Shown in pieces: positions 1-11,685 of a DNA stretch of 64,000 nt (its first letter is position 1; each line of letters opens with the position of its first letter). A model generated the notes under the pieces. The model saw only the letters and a program-made list of their open reading frames with translations. It searched no databases and was not told the origin of the DNA. Position numbers and translations under genes: made by a program. The DNA comes from Naegleria gruberi (lineage: Eukaryota): assembly GCA_000004985.1 (NCBI GenBank), contig GG738855.1, one strand, 5' to 3'.

Positions 1-45
1 GCATATGGTGAAGGGATTGATGGTCCTCAAATCCGAAGAAAGACA

Positions 46-3000
46 GTGATGGGGTCTTTCGTCTCTGTAATTATGAGGTTTATTGTAATAGTATTAATTG
101 CTTGGAAAATGTATAAGGTATTGAGTATGACTAGGTCTGAAGATATTGGCGATATAATATCTATAAATTATAATAGATCTGGATCAATGTATTTTATGGA
201 TATTCCAACATTACAAATGAATGTCTCGAGTAAGATTTTGTTTTTTGAGAGGGCTGAGGACGGTCCTTCGTTACAGAGGATTGACATCATTGATATGTAT
301 GGATTGGAAAAGACATTTTCAACATTGAGTCCAAGTGAGAGTTTTACTCTGCGGAAACCCTTAACGAAATCAATTTTTGGAAATGCTAATATTGGATTGA
401 ATTCTTTTTTTCCTAGAAATAGAGATGCTGAAACAGGATTTGACTCGGTGAATACTTTTTCAACAAAAACGTCTACAGTTTCTTCAATTCTGGATCCTGC
501 TGAGGCATTATATATTCAATCAAATCAGGATAAGGATTTTATTGAGCATACAGTTCATTTATATTTGAGATTTTTGGATAATTTGAGAGGAATCAAACCT
601 TGTCAACTTCAGATTGGAATGATAAACTCTGGTATTCTTGCGCTATTGGAAGATGTTGATGAGTATGGAAATATAATTTTTGAACATCAATTACAGTCAC
701 ACGAGGATGTTTATTTTGCAACTGATTCTTCCACTTGGGCAATGTCAAATATTATCCCTAATGAGACAGAGAGAGCTTCTCCTAAAGTACTGAGTGAAGG
801 CATTTCCAATAGCCAATTTTACCTCACAACAAACTTTACAACATCGAACTTGGTTTCCTTTCTTCAGAAAAAATCAGTCAATGGAAATTTGAGAAATATT
901 GCCCAGATATTTCTCGATAGAGGGATATCTTTGCCTCTCTTTAACGAATGGACCTTTATAATTAATTACATGAACAACTTTGTATATACTAGTAACAAGC
1001 TTATTTGTGACGATTACGAGCAAGATATAGATGAAAGCTCTCAAACCAACCCTAGGTTAATTCTCAATAACTCCTTCATTCGAAAAAAATTATTTCCAAC
1101 AGATGTCAGAATTATTTCCAATAATTTGGGAGAGAATGATACTACTGTATTGGGATTTGTTAAAGGTGATTTATCACAACAGCCACCATTCTACATGATT
1201 ATTGCAGGATTTTCAGGACATTCAGAGGTTGTAACTGTTTCAAGTATGGAAATAACTCAAGGTAATAATAACACAGATGATTATAGAGCTGTGTTATTCA
1301 ATGTTGAAAGATCCACATCAATTCCATTTGCAGATGTTGATATTTATGCACCTGATGATTTTCAAGAGCAGGTAGCAAATTATCAAACACTAACTAATTT
1401 ACCAAAAGCTTTACCAATCAATTGGATACAACAAGGTTTGTGGAAGTGCTCCCCCGAAAAGTATGGAGATGGTTTTTGTGATTGCGACTGTGGCTTTGTC
1501 AACGATACACTCACAGTAAGGGACATTGATTGCAATACTATACTTCCGAACCTTTTCAACTCTGAAAATCCAATCTCTAAATTATCCAAAGTATCATGTA
1601 CCTCTAAGGGATTACTGTGCTCAAATAGTGGCCAGTGCATTTCACCTTCTTTCATCCAAGGTAGTAAACCATGCCTGTATAAGGCATCAACATTTGGACA
1701 AAAGAAGGTAACAGGATTTTTTGGAACAACAAACGATTTTTACAAATCTGGTGGAGGAAAATACTGCTCTGAATGTGAAGGTTACAATATCAATAATGAA
1801 CAATCTACATACAGCAGCCACAACTCGAGATTTATGTGCCAAGTTGCCCCAAAAGGATATGTTTTTGGCATTGATTATTTGAAGAAAATAGAGTCTGATA
1901 CAAGTATTTGTTTTCCAATAAGAACCAAAGTAGGAGAAATGCCATTCCCTACCATTATTTCCCAATTTGAAGAACTTGCGATGGTGTCAATTAATCGGGG
2001 CATGAAAACAAAATTAATGAACGTTTCTGAAACAAGTTCAATTAACAGTGCCAAATATTTAAGCTCAAAGAATGAATTGTTTGGTTCTTCAGCTTTTAAT
2101 ATCCAAACCATTTGCATAGGAAAAGACCATGAGAAGTTAGCATCTTTCGGAAGAGTTGTCTCCTACAACCCCTTCTCTAAATCCCTAATAGTTTCAAAGG
2201 AATTTGGATTGGAATTTTCTCAACGGATAATACCCAGCTCTGTTCAATTTTATGTTGGAAAAACATTTTCAGAAGATGTGGTACTTGACAAGATAAATCA
2301 ACAACCTCTCATGGTTCAAATTGAAAGTCTGGTAGATATGGGAAATTACCAACATTTGACATTGCAGAAGGCTGTTGACATCTCTATGAATTTGTACACC
2401 ATTACTTTTATTAATGGAACTAGAATAACTATTGAAACCATAATGCCCTCAAAACAATCACCAACAGGTGGGCAAAAGTTTGTGGTGAGAAAATCTATCC
2501 ACGACTTCTCCCTAATTCAAGAGTCTACCTTTTCAATTTTAACTATTACTAGTAACACCTCACTAGAAATTATAACCCAAACTGAATTGAAATCCTACTT
2601 TTCGATAGGTTCCATTATTGAGTTTTTCACCGAGGACATCTATGTTGGTTCCAGCTCTATTGATATTGAATATTTTCAGGAAAATTACAAGTTTAACATG
2701 TATGATCCTGGTGATAGATGGAAGTCTGTGAGCTACCAACCTTTGACTTCTTTGCAAATTGAGTATGCTTTATTTGTGGTTCCTATAAGGAAAACATTCA
2801 AAACATCTACTACTAGTGCTACCCCACTCGATTTATGTCCAAGAGAGCACTCTTTTCTTCTCAATTCATCATTTCCTGATTTTAAAATAGATCCTCAGAG
2901 ACAACATTATTTCACATGCTCATTAGAGGCCACCAAGGATTGTACTGAATATCCTGAACAAGATTTTTGCCCATCAATATCATTTCTAGATGCAGAGCCT

Positions 3001-4041
3001 ACATACAAGTTTGAATTTGATCATCTCTTTCAATTGAATAACAAGTGGAAAACTATGGGTAATTCACTAGAAAAAGACATTGCACTAGGTGGTGCAACAG
3101 AAGTTGAGTATAAATACTCATTCTCTCAGGAGTATCATTTTCAACATGATTCCAGTTCCAATGATGTTGATGCTGAATTTACCAAAGGGTTCAATGTGAA
3201 TTCAAATTCTACATCCAATATATTCAATGGAAGATTGAACTTTTTAGGTAGGTCTCTTGATGATGCTGGAATACCTGCCCATTCTCCAATACTTGATTTT
3301 GAAGTGAAGATTGACCTGTCTCCGTTTTGTGGAGAAGATATTGTCAAGTATGGAGATGGCATTTTACAAGATATATTTTCTGGAATTTTGAAAGAAACAG
3401 GATCTTGGAGATATACCTTTCGAGAGAATGCTAAAAATGCAGAAGGAGCTCAACAATATGCTCGAAAGGTCTTCACCTCTCCTCTCACCATCAAGTGGGA
3501 TCTTTCTACATTGGGAGAGTACAATACGAATGACAAACTAATTTTGAGTCCAGGATACGAATTCGATTTTAGAGCTACTCTGAGAGCTACAAGCGTATAT
3601 TCCTCAGGATTTACTGGAAATGCTGACATTAAGGAGGTGAAATTATCAATTGATAGTACTAGTGTTTCCAAGACAGCTTTAGATTTTTCCAACAGAAATA
3701 AGCTTGTCTTGAATTATATTATTCAAATCGATCTTACCCAGAGTAATCAAGTCTTTCTCATTGCTGAATCATCAGTCTTGCTGGATTTAATGACTGATGT
3801 AGGTGGAGCTATGGGAGTGCTTTCACTTGGTGCATTATTCTTAAAATTCTGGCAAATGCTAGTTGGTCAGCCATCTGTCTTTTTGAGAGATGTTATTTTG
3901 GCAGATGAACGTAAGGAAGAACGAAGAAAAGCCTCTCCAACCTTCCTAGATAGAGTATCTTCATTACTATTTGGTAGGAAAAGGAGAAATAGAATTGCAC
4001 ACTTACATCCTCACTCTCAAGCTGCTTATGAATTGAAATAA
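46..4041 (+). CDS. Large (1331 aa) Cys-rich membrane protein with N-terminal signal-anchor-like segment and C-terminal TM plus basic tail; function unknown
   Basis: Uninterrupted ORF. N-terminal hydrophobic segment FVSVIMRFIVIVLIAW. Cys cluster CSPEKYGDGFCDCDCG...DIDCN. C-terminal TM GGAMGVLSLGALFLKFW followed by RKEERRK tail. The frame is open upstream to window position 1, so the 5' end may be truncated. Confidence 0.5.
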   Translation: MMGSFVSVIMRFIVIVLIAWKMYKVLSMTRSEDIGDIISINYNRSGSMYFMDIPTLQMNVSSKILFFERAEDGPSLQRIDIIDMYGLEKTFSTLSPSESFTLRKPLTKSIFGNANIGLNSFFPRNRDAETGFDSVNTFSTKTSTVSSILDPAEALYIQSNQDKDFIEHTVHLYLRFLDNLRGIKPCQLQIGMINSGILALLEDVDEYGNIIFEHQLQSHEDVYFATDSSTWAMSNIIPNETERASPKVLSEGISNSQFYLTTNFTTSNLVSFLQKKSVNGNLRNIAQIFLDRGISLPLFNEWTFIINYMNNFVYTSNKLICDDYEQDIDESSQTNPRLILNNSFIRKKLFPTDVRIISNNLGENDTTVLGFVKGDLSQQPPFYMIIAGFSGHSEVVTVSSMEITQGNNNTDDYRAVLFNVERSTSIPFADVDIYAPDDFQEQVANYQTLTNLPKALPINWIQQGLWKCSPEKYGDGFCDCDCGFVNDTLTVRDIDCNTILPNLFNSENPISKLSKVSCTSKGLLCSNSGQCISPSFIQGSKPCLYKASTFGQKKVTGFFGTTNDFYKSGGGKYCSECEGYNINNEQSTYSSHNSRFMCQVAPKGYVFGIDYLKKIESDTSICFPIRTKVGEMPFPTIISQFEELAMVSINRGMKTKLMNVSETSSINSAKYLSSKNELFGSSAFNIQTICIGKDHEKLASFGRVVSYNPFSKSLIVSKEFGLEFSQRIIPSSVQFYVGKTFSEDVVLDKINQQPLMVQIESLVDMGNYQHLTLQKAVDISMNLYTITFINGTRITIETIMPSKQSPTGGQKFVVRKSIHDFSLIQESTFSILTITSNTSLEIITQTELKSYFSIGSIIEFFTEDIYVGSSSIDIEYFQENYKFNMYDPGDRWKSVSYQPLTSLQIEYALFVVPIRKTFKTSTTSATPLDLCPREHSFLLNSSFPDFKIDPQRQHYFTCSLEATKDCTEYPEQDFCPSISFLDAEPTYKFEFDHLFQLNNKWKTMGNSLEKDIALGGATEVEYKYSFSQEYHFQHDSSSNDVDAEFTKGFNVNSNSTSNIFNGRLNFLGRSLDDAGIPAHSPILDFEVKIDLSPFCGEDIVKYGDGILQDIFSGILKETGSWRYTFRENAKNAEGAQQYARKVFTSPLTIKWDLSTLGEYNTNDKLILSPGYEFDFRATLRATSVYSSGFTGNADIKEVKLSIDSTSVSKTALDFSNRNKLVLNYIIQIDLTQSNQVFLIAESSVLLDLMTDVGGAMGVLSLGALFLKFWQMLVGQPSVFLRDVILADERKEERRKASPTFLDRVSSLLFGRKRRNRIAHLHPHSQAAYELK

Positions 4042-4597
4042 ACATTCCAAGCACCTCTCGCTCTATTAATTAGAAGAATTGATAATTCCTTAATATTATT
4101 ATTTAATATTTTAAAAAACTGTAAAAAATTTCCACACAGATAAGGAACCTTTCAGTCCAGTTATTGCTAGTTTAATGACCACTGCGAAATGGTGTGGGCT
4201 TGAATAATGTATTGGGATGCTTGCTCTAAAACCATTTTTATAGGTTGTGCCCATTATAAGGAAATATTCTCTGGAAAAGGAAGAAATATTCAATATCTGT
4301 TATTATTTGCAATGATGATGGTTTTGTGCCTTATCATGTGCAATAGTGATGATATTACTTCGGATCAATAGATTGGTTAATAGTAGTAGTTGCCACTTCA
4401 TACATTAATAATCGCGAACTAATGCCCTATTGCTTGCCAGGTACGAAATAGTTTTTGGATGCAAAGAAGCCATTCTTGAACTATGAACGGTATTTTGAAA
4501 ATTACAATCCAACGCTTAAAAAATACCTTCTGTTTATTGTGCTGATTAGTGACAGGTCAAAATCCACTGCTAACAACAACTGAACAACAACAAGACC

Positions 4598-6607
4598 ATG
4601 TCGGTTAGGACATCAATAACCGAGCCCAATTTCCATGACAATTTCATTACAACTCTAAATGATTCATCATCATCTTCAAGTCGTCCAGCCACAACAACAA
4701 GTATAGATTTATTCATGAGAGGAGAACCAATTCTTGTAGATTTGCTTTTACATCATGATGAGGATATTTGTCTGCAGGATATTGACGATCATCAGTCGGC
4801 GATGGATAAAGAAATGTCGACAATTACGAATAATCTTCCTCATCAACAACAACATATTATCGGTCAACAACACGAATTATCATCATCACCTGTTGTTGCT
4901 ATTACTTGTACTCCTCCACTACTAACTAATTTAGACATGACATTCAATTATGACAAAACTGATAATCAGCAGCAGCAACAAGAAGTAAATACAACTAATA
5001 GTAATAATATTGTATTTAATAATGATATAGTAATTGTGGAAGATTCTAATAGCAATAATAATAATAATAATAATAATCGAATGAACATGGTGAATATTGT
5101 TGATGGTAGTTCTATTATATTAAATAATACACCTCAACTCTTTATTGAAACAAAACAAGATAATTCTAAAGGGTTAGTTCTACCTTTAAATTTATCTAAT
5201 GATAATTCTCCAGTCAATTCAGAGATTTCATCGGCTGTGAGTGTGACCTCCTATGGGTCAAGTCTTCCATCGACTCCAAATAATTCCCATCAATCTTCAA
5301 GCTTTTTCAATTCATCAACAACAATGGTAACCAATGATGAAACTGATTGGGAAATTATTGTAAAGAATAGAAATGCTCAACAAATAGCACGTATGGCCTC
5401 TGCTACTGGTTTAGTATTTCATAATAATCTATCCTCCTCACCATCAACTACTTCATCTTTATCGTCTTCAAATCTATCAAATCAACATCATCACTGTGTT
5501 ACCACTCCAAAATTGGATACATCTTCTTTAAATGAAACATCATTCAGAAAGAACTTTATCACTCGACATAGTTCTGATCAGAGAATTGCAATCTCTAGTA
5601 ATAATAGTAGTGGTAGTACATGTAATGAAGAGTCCACATTTGGTACTGGGTCAAGCAAGCAGAGAAGCAAGACAAGTTTTTTGTGGGGAAGATCTTTAGA
5701 GAGGAAGAATTCTGCAAACAGCAATACTTGTATGCCTCCAATAGAGGATTCTAAGAATGCTCAACTCGATATTTCGGCCTCTTCAATAGAGAGTAGTGCC
5801 ACCAATGTTGCATCAGATGAGAGCTTTTTAGAGTTTTTACAGAGTGTAGATTGTCGAATGAATGTTATTTCGATAGAGTCAATTGATTCTGCCTCTACAC
5901 AAGACACATCATCCAAAGAGACTTTGAAAAAGTCCAAATTTTGGGATAGACTCAAGATTATCAAAAAGGCAATTAAGAAACAGCTTATGGAAGAAGAAAA
6001 ACCTAACAGCACCCAACAAACACTTCACACTCAACAACCATCTAAACACTCGAGAACCAATAGTATTACAAGTAATCCACATACACTTGATTTGGATTGT
6101 AAAAGTACATCATCTTCCTCTCTGACAAGCGTTAGTGATGAAGACAAGTATACGGTTGTTATTACTAAACCAGCAATAGTCTCTAATAGTGCAATTAGAT
6201 CTGCTGAGGATGAAATGAGACATTGTCTTAATGATCCAATTTGTTTACAATTATTTGATGAATTTTGTTGTCAGGAATGCTCTCAAGAGAATTTACTTCT
6301 TTGGAAGGAGCTCAATAAGGTCAAGACTAATTTCAAGAAACTTTCAGATAAGAGAAGAAGCAAAACCCTTCGAACCATTCACTCGAAATTCTTCTCTGAG
6401 AAGAATGAAAATTTCGATGTAAATGTTAGTGGTCGAACTAAAGTTCAAATAGAGGAACAAGCAAATAGCAAGAGAGTTAGTTTAGCATCTGGCGCACACG
6501 TTTTAAATAGCTTACAACGAGATTGTATCAACAATTTATGTGACAGCTTTTCGAGGTTTATTCTCACTGAGGATTACAAACTATGGAAACAAAACTTTGA
6601 TAGGTAA
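4598..6607 (+). CDS. Asn/Gln/Ser-rich protein with C-terminal RGS (regulator of G-protein signalling) domain
   Basis: 669-aa ORF. Motif LQLFDEFCCQECSQENLLLWKELNKVK fits the RGS core (F..F...E.S.ENL.FW). Long low-complexity N-terminus including an (AAT)n-encoded poly-Asn tract. Confidence 0.6.
   Translation: MSVRTSITEPNFHDNFITTLNDSSSSSSRPATTTSIDLFMRGEPILVDLLLHHDEDICLQDIDDHQSAMDKEMSTITNNLPHQQQHIIGQQHELSSSPVVAITCTPPLLTNLDMTFNYDKTDNQQQQQEVNTTNSNNIVFNNDIVIVEDSNSNNNNNNNNRMNMVNIVDGSSIILNNTPQLFIETKQDNSKGLVLPLNLSNDNSPVNSEISSAVSVTSYGSSLPSTPNNSHQSSSFFNSSTTMVTNDETDWEIIVKNRNAQQIARMASATGLVFHNNLSSSPSTTSSLSSSNLSNQHHHCVTTPKLDTSSLNETSFRKNFITRHSSDQRIAISSNNSSGSTCNEESTFGTGSSKQRSKTSFLWGRSLERKNSANSNTCMPPIEDSKNAQLDISASSIESSATNVASDESFLEFLQSVDCRMNVISIESIDSASTQDTSSKETLKKSKFWDRLKIIKKAIKKQLMEEEKPNSTQQTLHTQQPSKHSRTNSITSNPHTLDLDCKSTSSSSLTSVSDEDKYTVVITKPAIVSNSAIRSAEDEMRHCLNDPICLQLFDEFCCQECSQENLLLWKELNKVKTNFKKLSDKRRSKTLRTIHSKFFSEKNENFDVNVSGRTKVQIEEQANSKRVSLASGAHVLNSLQRDCINNLCDSFSRFILTEDYKLWKQNFDR
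5054..5077. repeat. (AAT)n microsatellite encoding poly-Asn inside a CDS
   Basis: Sequence aataataataataataataataat. Typical coding microsatellite of dictyostelid genomes. A similar tract lies at about 23390-23410. Confidence 0.8.
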
Positions 6608-6785
6608 ATTTTGGAAAATCAATACCCCAAAGTTAAATTTGTGTAAATATTTGAAGAGAGTGAATTCAAAAGGATTCAATTATTTCAATTTTCTTTAATT
6701 AAACTTGTTTTTAATTACAATTAATTTGATTATTATTATGGCGCCATGATGAACTCGAATTAAAATAAAAAATAAATATTAAAAA

Positions 6786-7538
6786 ATGTCTCAAGATCAA
6801 ACGGAAAAGCTTTTGAGAAAAAGATCAACATCAAGTGGTTTGAAGATTATTGGTAATTATCAAATTTTAAATGGCGGAATATGTTTATTATGATGATCAG
6901 TTCCTGAACCTGTTTTTAAAAAGTTGGATTTACAAACTGTTTCTACTCTGATCGGAAAGGAAAATGCTTTGTTTATTGATGTAAGGTATGATTATTATTG
7001 TTGTATTTTATAAATCAACATCATCATGATTGTACGATCGGATCATCATAGAGATGAAGACTATGAAGGAGGTCATATTAAGGGATCTATTCATCAACCA
7101 TTTTCTTCTTTCGATGAGTTGTGTCCATCTCTTGTTACCCTTGTTGAAGAGAAGGCATCCACTTTGGACACTCTTGTTTTCTATTGTATGTTTTCGGAAC
7201 AAAGATCTCCTCAGTGTGCTGCTGCTTTTGCTGAAAAGATTTCTGGAAACAAGGCTTTGGAACATTTAAAGATGTAAGTTATTGGATAATTTAATGTATG
7301 ATTAATTGTGATGATCGGATTAATGAATTGTAATATGCTATTATTATAATAATAATATTATAGAATTATTCTTTCTGGAGGATTTAATTCATTCTTGAAA
7401 AAGTATACACCACCAAATGATCTTATTGAGGAATATAATGCTGAATGTTATAAGGAAGTTGATGGACAATTATTGCACATGATCGATGCTCAGTATTTGG
7501 ATGTCATTACCGATAAGAATGTCAGTGTTAGCGAATAA
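6786..7538 (+). CDS. Cdc25/Acr2-like rhodanese-domain phosphatase (arsenate reductase / dual-specificity phosphatase family), 4 exons
   Basis: Exons inferred by eye: 6786..6852, 6901..6985, 7052..7273, 7364..7538. Donors are gtaatt, gtatga, gtaagt and acceptors are (t)ag. The spliced product reads MSQDQTEKLLRKRSTSSGLKIIVPEPVFKKLDLQTVSTLIGKENALFIDVRDEDYEGGHIKGSIHQPF...YCMFSEQRSPQ...ILSGGFNSF. It has the CX5R active-site loop CMFSEQR and the IDVR rhodanese signature. Confidence 0.55.
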
Positions 7539-7596
7539 AATAGCTAGCTCAGAAATTAAGATCTAGTAGTAAAACTGCAGATGAGGAACCACAATT

Positions 7597-10500
7597 TTAT
7601 TTCTTTTTTCGTTTGAAAAATTGGAAAGCAGATGAGGAACCACTATCTGAAGAGGAGCCTCCCTTCTCAAGGGATTGAGTAAGCATTTCAATAATGTCGT
7701 CACAAGGAACATGAGACGATTTGGCAATATCTAATGGTGTTTTACCTTGCTTATTTTTCAAGTGTAAAACCTTGTACATTAATGTTTGTTTTGGTTCTAC
7801 TCTTGGACTCGATAGATTTGTAGTTGAAGCACTTCTACTATTTTCTCTTGGTGTTGAAAGGAGACCTCCTGAAGTTGGAGTGGTATTTTGATTTGGTGAT
7901 AAATTTGCAACAGAGCTAGCTGCAACACTAGGTCTCTTGTTCATTTGAACACCAACAATATTATACAGTGATAGGAGATATCTTACAGCAAATGTATTGC
8001 TGTCGCTACAAGCATATGCAAGACAAGTTTGATGTTTGTCATTATCTGGTTCCATCAACAACTCATTGAGGACTTCAATATTTTCTTGAGACTCTTCGTC
8101 ATATTTTTGTTTTTCTGCAAGCTTTTGTTCTGGTGTGAGCTCTACATTCTTTGGTGCTAATCTGAGGGCCGATCCTAATGTACTCTTTCTAGGTTGAAGT
8201 AGCTCATTAATAATCAATTGCATGGATTTCAAATCACCCTTAATTACACAATCGTGTAGAATATTTCTTCCATGATAATTTTGACTCTTCAAAACTTTAA
8301 TGAATTGCTCTCTAGAAATGTATGGCAAAATTGCCTCCAAAATTGGTTGTTTTCGTTTCAGTACACTGTTGTTGTTACTTTCTGTTGATGAATTGTTGGT
8401 TTGAGAATTATTCTTGCTTAGTTCAGGATTGAGTTTCTTAGCTCTCTCTGAAGGATCATTGTAAAACAAGTCACGAGCCTCTTGTTCACTCAAGCCATAG
8501 AATTTTTTAGCTGAGAGAATGAGTGTCTTGGTTGACCATCCCATTTGAGGAACAAGCAACTCCATGGCTTTGAACATAATATTCTTCTTCAATTGGAATT
8601 CATCTTGAAGGAAGTGACTAATGTGATTAGGGAATCTAGAACCATTTGTATTGGTTTTGGAATTGGCTGGAGAGGGTGATGAATTATTTTGAATTGGGCT
8701 TGATTTAATCTTGATAGAATCTTCAAGAAGGACACCTTGTTGATTACTGGTATAACCTCCTCCTGCCATTCCATTAATACCTGAAAGAGCAGCCAATGAG
8801 TCTGATCTCATTTTGAGTGCAGCAGGAAGCTTGAGAGGTTCTCTCTTCTTTCTTCTATCGTTTGTTAAGAGTTTGTTCTTATTTTCATAATTGACTTCAC
8901 CAGATTCACCAACAAACATTTCATCCAATTCTTGGAAAATATCAGCAGAAACGTCAGTATCACAACTAGAAACACTAGTTGTTGGTGATGGAGCTCTATT
9001 CGAAATTGGAGTATTATCACTATGTTCTGATGATTGTTTAACTGAGTCAACTCTAGGTGAGTCATATTTAGTTGATTCATTGATGGTATCCTCATCTTTT
9101 TCCTTGGACATTTCATGTTCGAGAAGGAATTCTTCAATCAAAAGTAAATCTTCATCTGGTACTTGAGATGATTCTCTCTTTGATTCTACCGATTTTTCAT
9201 CAGCAGCATTAATTACATCCTTTGTTGAGTTTTGTGAGGAGAGAGTTCTTGGTGAAGGTTGAGTTGGCACTTGTTGTACCTCAACTTCTCTCCCAACAAG
9301 ATTGAAGAGTGGAACACATCCTTTTTGATCCTTCTTTAGTAAAATAGCTCCCTTCTGAATGAGATAAACTATTCTATCCAATGGTAATTCGAAACAAGCA
9401 CGGTGCAACATGGTTTCACCTCCACGAATTGTAGTATCCAATGAAGCACCAAACAAAATGAGCATGTCACACACTGCAAAGCAACCTCTCTTCAATGCTA
9501 CATAAAATACATTGTATCCAAATTCATCATCCACTTGTTGAATAATCTTTTCCAATGCATTGTTATTATATGGAGATGAAGCTCCAGTAGCAGGAGATGA
9601 ACTAGTTGGTGAAGGAACATCTGCCTTATTCTTATTACCGAAAAAGCTCTTTCTTCCAGAGCCTCCTCCACTATTAGAATGTGGATTGGCCACAAGTTCT
9701 GATCCATTTCTAGCTCTTGAAACTCCTGTCTTGATTGTTGAACTCTTAATTTTCGTACACAAGAATGCACAGCTCTCAGTAGCATTAAAGAAGGAAGTAT
9801 AAAAGAGTGGAGTCATTTTCATGGCATCCGAAACAAATAAGAAATCAGGTCCACATTCATCAAATAACCATTCCATAATAACACTCTGATTGTACTTGGA
9901 TGCCAAGTGCATTAGTGTACACTTTTGAATAGAATTAAACTTGGTATTGAGTAAATATTTAGTCCACAATAATTTCAAAGATGGTTCCGTTGCAAATTTA
10001 AATTGTTTCCAAGTGTCGAGAACGTCCTCTTTCATGGAGGTAAATTCCTTCCTTGACATGACTTCAACTTCACGTGTAGGTGATCCAGTACTACTTGATG
10101 GACTGCCAAGAGATTGGAGGTCTGCGAATCTAGTACTGTTCCTGTTTAGTTTTATACTATTTCTATTAACACTGAGACTGTTACTGACAGTAAGAGTTGA
10201 TGATTCGTTACCACTCAATTTCATAGATCCAGTTGTAAAGAAGAAGAATCTAAAGTAGAGTAATTGTTTCAATCGGTAGAGAGAATGAATAGAAATGTGA
10301 TAGAGACCACTCAAGTCCATTAAAGCACTTCCCTTTGAAGATAATACCGAAGTTGTGGTATCTAAAATTATTGATTTGGCACTAGTTTCCGCAACTGTAT
10401 CTTTTTCAATCAATGGCTCAACTTGGCTGGTTTCGTTTGCTTTCGAATGCTTTCTGTTAACTTTCTTCTTCTTGGCAGATAAATGTTGTGATGATGGAAC

Positions 10501-11085
10501 AAAGCAATTCAACACCAACTCCTTCCAAGTATCTTCATCCAACGAAGAAGCATCTAAATTATCAAAGAATTGAGCCACTTTAACAATATCAATATCATTA
10601 TAAATTGTTGTACTATTTGTACTTCCGTGATAACTGTGAGTAGAACTACTTCTACTCAGAAAACCATTTCCACTCAACTCTCCCATATCATCGACCAGTT
10701 TACCAATTTGGTCTAAATTCATTGGAGTTATTGGAGATGAATAATTATTATTAACATTTTCAATGGATTGTCTGTTTGTTTGACTCGGTGTTATTGTTGT
10801 TGTTGATGGTGGCATCATTGGAGTAGTGTGATTATTATTATTTGATGAAGGAGTTGAAAATTGGTTATTATTATTTGGAGGAGAAGTGGTAGTTGAGTAG
10901 TGGTGGTTATCAGTTGTTGTTATTATTGAAGAAGTATTCGTCATTATGGAAGCCTTTCGAGGGGTAGAAGGAGAGTTAGCAGAGTTTAATGTAATGGTTT
11001 CATCGGTGGTGGTAGAAGTATTACTAATGGGCTGTTCAGGTTGAGTTATTCTGGATGATGATGTTGATGATTCTATTGAAGTCAT
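7597..11085 (-). CDS. Ser/Thr/Asn-rich ankyrin-repeat protein (1162 aa)
   Basis: Continuous ORF. Several ankyrin-like repeats: MHLASKYNQSVIMEWL, YNVFYVALKRGCFAVCDMLILFGASLD, GETMLHRACF, GRNILHDCVIKGDLKSMQLI, KQGKTPLDIAK. Extensive low complexity. Confidence 0.6.
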   Translation of the reverse strand: MTSIESSTSSSRITQPEQPISNTSTTTDETITLNSANSPSTPRKASIMTNTSSIITTTDNHHYSTTTSPPNNNNQFSTPSSNNNNHTTPMMPPSTTTITPSQTNRQSIENVNNNYSSPITPMNLDQIGKLVDDMGELSGNGFLSRSSSTHSYHGSTNSTTIYNDIDIVKVAQFFDNLDASSLDEDTWKELVLNCFVPSSQHLSAKKKKVNRKHSKANETSQVEPLIEKDTVAETSAKSIILDTTTSVLSSKGSALMDLSGLYHISIHSLYRLKQLLYFRFFFFTTGSMKLSGNESSTLTVSNSLSVNRNSIKLNRNSTRFADLQSLGSPSSSTGSPTREVEVMSRKEFTSMKEDVLDTWKQFKFATEPSLKLLWTKYLLNTKFNSIQKCTLMHLASKYNQSVIMEWLFDECGPDFLFVSDAMKMTPLFYTSFFNATESCAFLCTKIKSSTIKTGVSRARNGSELVANPHSNSGGGSGRKSFFGNKNKADVPSPTSSSPATGASSPYNNNALEKIIQQVDDEFGYNVFYVALKRGCFAVCDMLILFGASLDTTIRGGETMLHRACFELPLDRIVYLIQKGAILLKKDQKGCVPLFNLVGREVEVQQVPTQPSPRTLSSQNSTKDVINAADEKSVESKRESSQVPDEDLLLIEEFLLEHEMSKEKDEDTINESTKYDSPRVDSVKQSSEHSDNTPISNRAPSPTTSVSSCDTDVSADIFQELDEMFVGESGEVNYENKNKLLTNDRRKKREPLKLPAALKMRSDSLAALSGINGMAGGGYTSNQQGVLLEDSIKIKSSPIQNNSSPSPANSKTNTNGSRFPNHISHFLQDEFQLKKNIMFKAMELLVPQMGWSTKTLILSAKKFYGLSEQEARDLFYNDPSERAKKLNPELSKNNSQTNNSSTESNNNSVLKRKQPILEAILPYISREQFIKVLKSQNYHGRNILHDCVIKGDLKSMQLIINELLQPRKSTLGSALRLAPKNVELTPEQKLAEKQKYDEESQENIEVLNELLMEPDNDKHQTCLAYACSDSNTFAVRYLLSLYNIVGVQMNKRPSVAASSVANLSPNQNTTPTSGGLLSTPRENSRSASTTNLSSPRVEPKQTLMYKVLHLKNKQGKTPLDIAKSSHVPCDDIIEMLTQSLEKGGSSSDSGSSSAFQFFKRKKK

Positions 11086-11550
11086 CTCGTTTGTTTTATT
11101 TGAAATAATAATGTGTGTATATATATTCGAAGAAAGTATTACTCGAGGTGTTTTTGTAGAGCAAAATTTCTTCTTCTTGAAAGATAATATTATATCTTGT
11201 GATTTGGCAAACGGTTTTTGAATTTGATTTTTTTAACCGGAATGTTGGTGATGATTGTTAATTTGCGCCAAGTTTACTTGTGCTATTTTGTGTGGTGGAA
11301 AAATGAGAGTGCTGACACTAAACATGGACAAACCAAATGGGTTGTTTGATGCTAAGAAAGTTATTGAACTCTAACAATTAATTGGCTATTCGTTTCGTTT
11401 AGTTTATTTGATGGGATAACAAAATTTCTGCTTTTAAACAGTTTGAAAATCGATCGACTTAGACAATCATTAGTATTTAATGAGTTTCATGGATTTTCAT
11501 TCAAATATGTGTGGGGGTCATGGCGCAGTCGGTATTATTAATAGATTTTA

Positions 11551-11585
11551 GGGTAGGTAACGCTCTCAATCTACCTCAACGTAAC
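11551..11585 (+). repeat. R-repeat copy 1 (GGTAGG(G)TTGCGCTCTYAAG..CTCAACGTAAC family)
   Basis: Sequence gggtaggtaacgctctcaatctacctcaacgtaac. One of four direct copies inside the tRNA-Met insertion. Contains a ggtag/ctacc stem. Confidence 0.6.
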
Positions 11586-11615
11586 TTTAAATATAAACTT
11601 TATTTATTTTTAGAA

Positions 11616-11647
11616 AGGGTGGTTTGCGCTCTCAAGCAATGTTGCTC
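11616..11647 (+). repeat. R-repeat copy 2 (divergent, lacks CAACGTAAC tail)
   Basis: Sequence agggtggtttgcgctctcaagcaatgttgctc. Confidence 0.5.
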
Positions 11648-11685
11648 TTTAATGTACTGTTGCTATACTTTACATTGAATTGAAT

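Noticed and set aside
1383-2117. Short antisense ORFs inside long genes (for example 1383..1655 -, 1687..1965 -, 8589..9166, 15690..15887 +, 23077..23988 -)
   Set aside because: They lie entirely within long, motif-supported ORFs on the opposite strand and have no features of their own. They are expected by chance in AT-rich DNA with few stop codons in some frames.
11514-11534. Interpreting the tRNA 5' half as the tail of a complete upstream tRNA gene
   Set aside because: No acceptor-complementary partner or T-arm lies upstream of 11514 on either strand. The only sequence able to pair with GGGGTCA is TGACCCC at 12435-12441.
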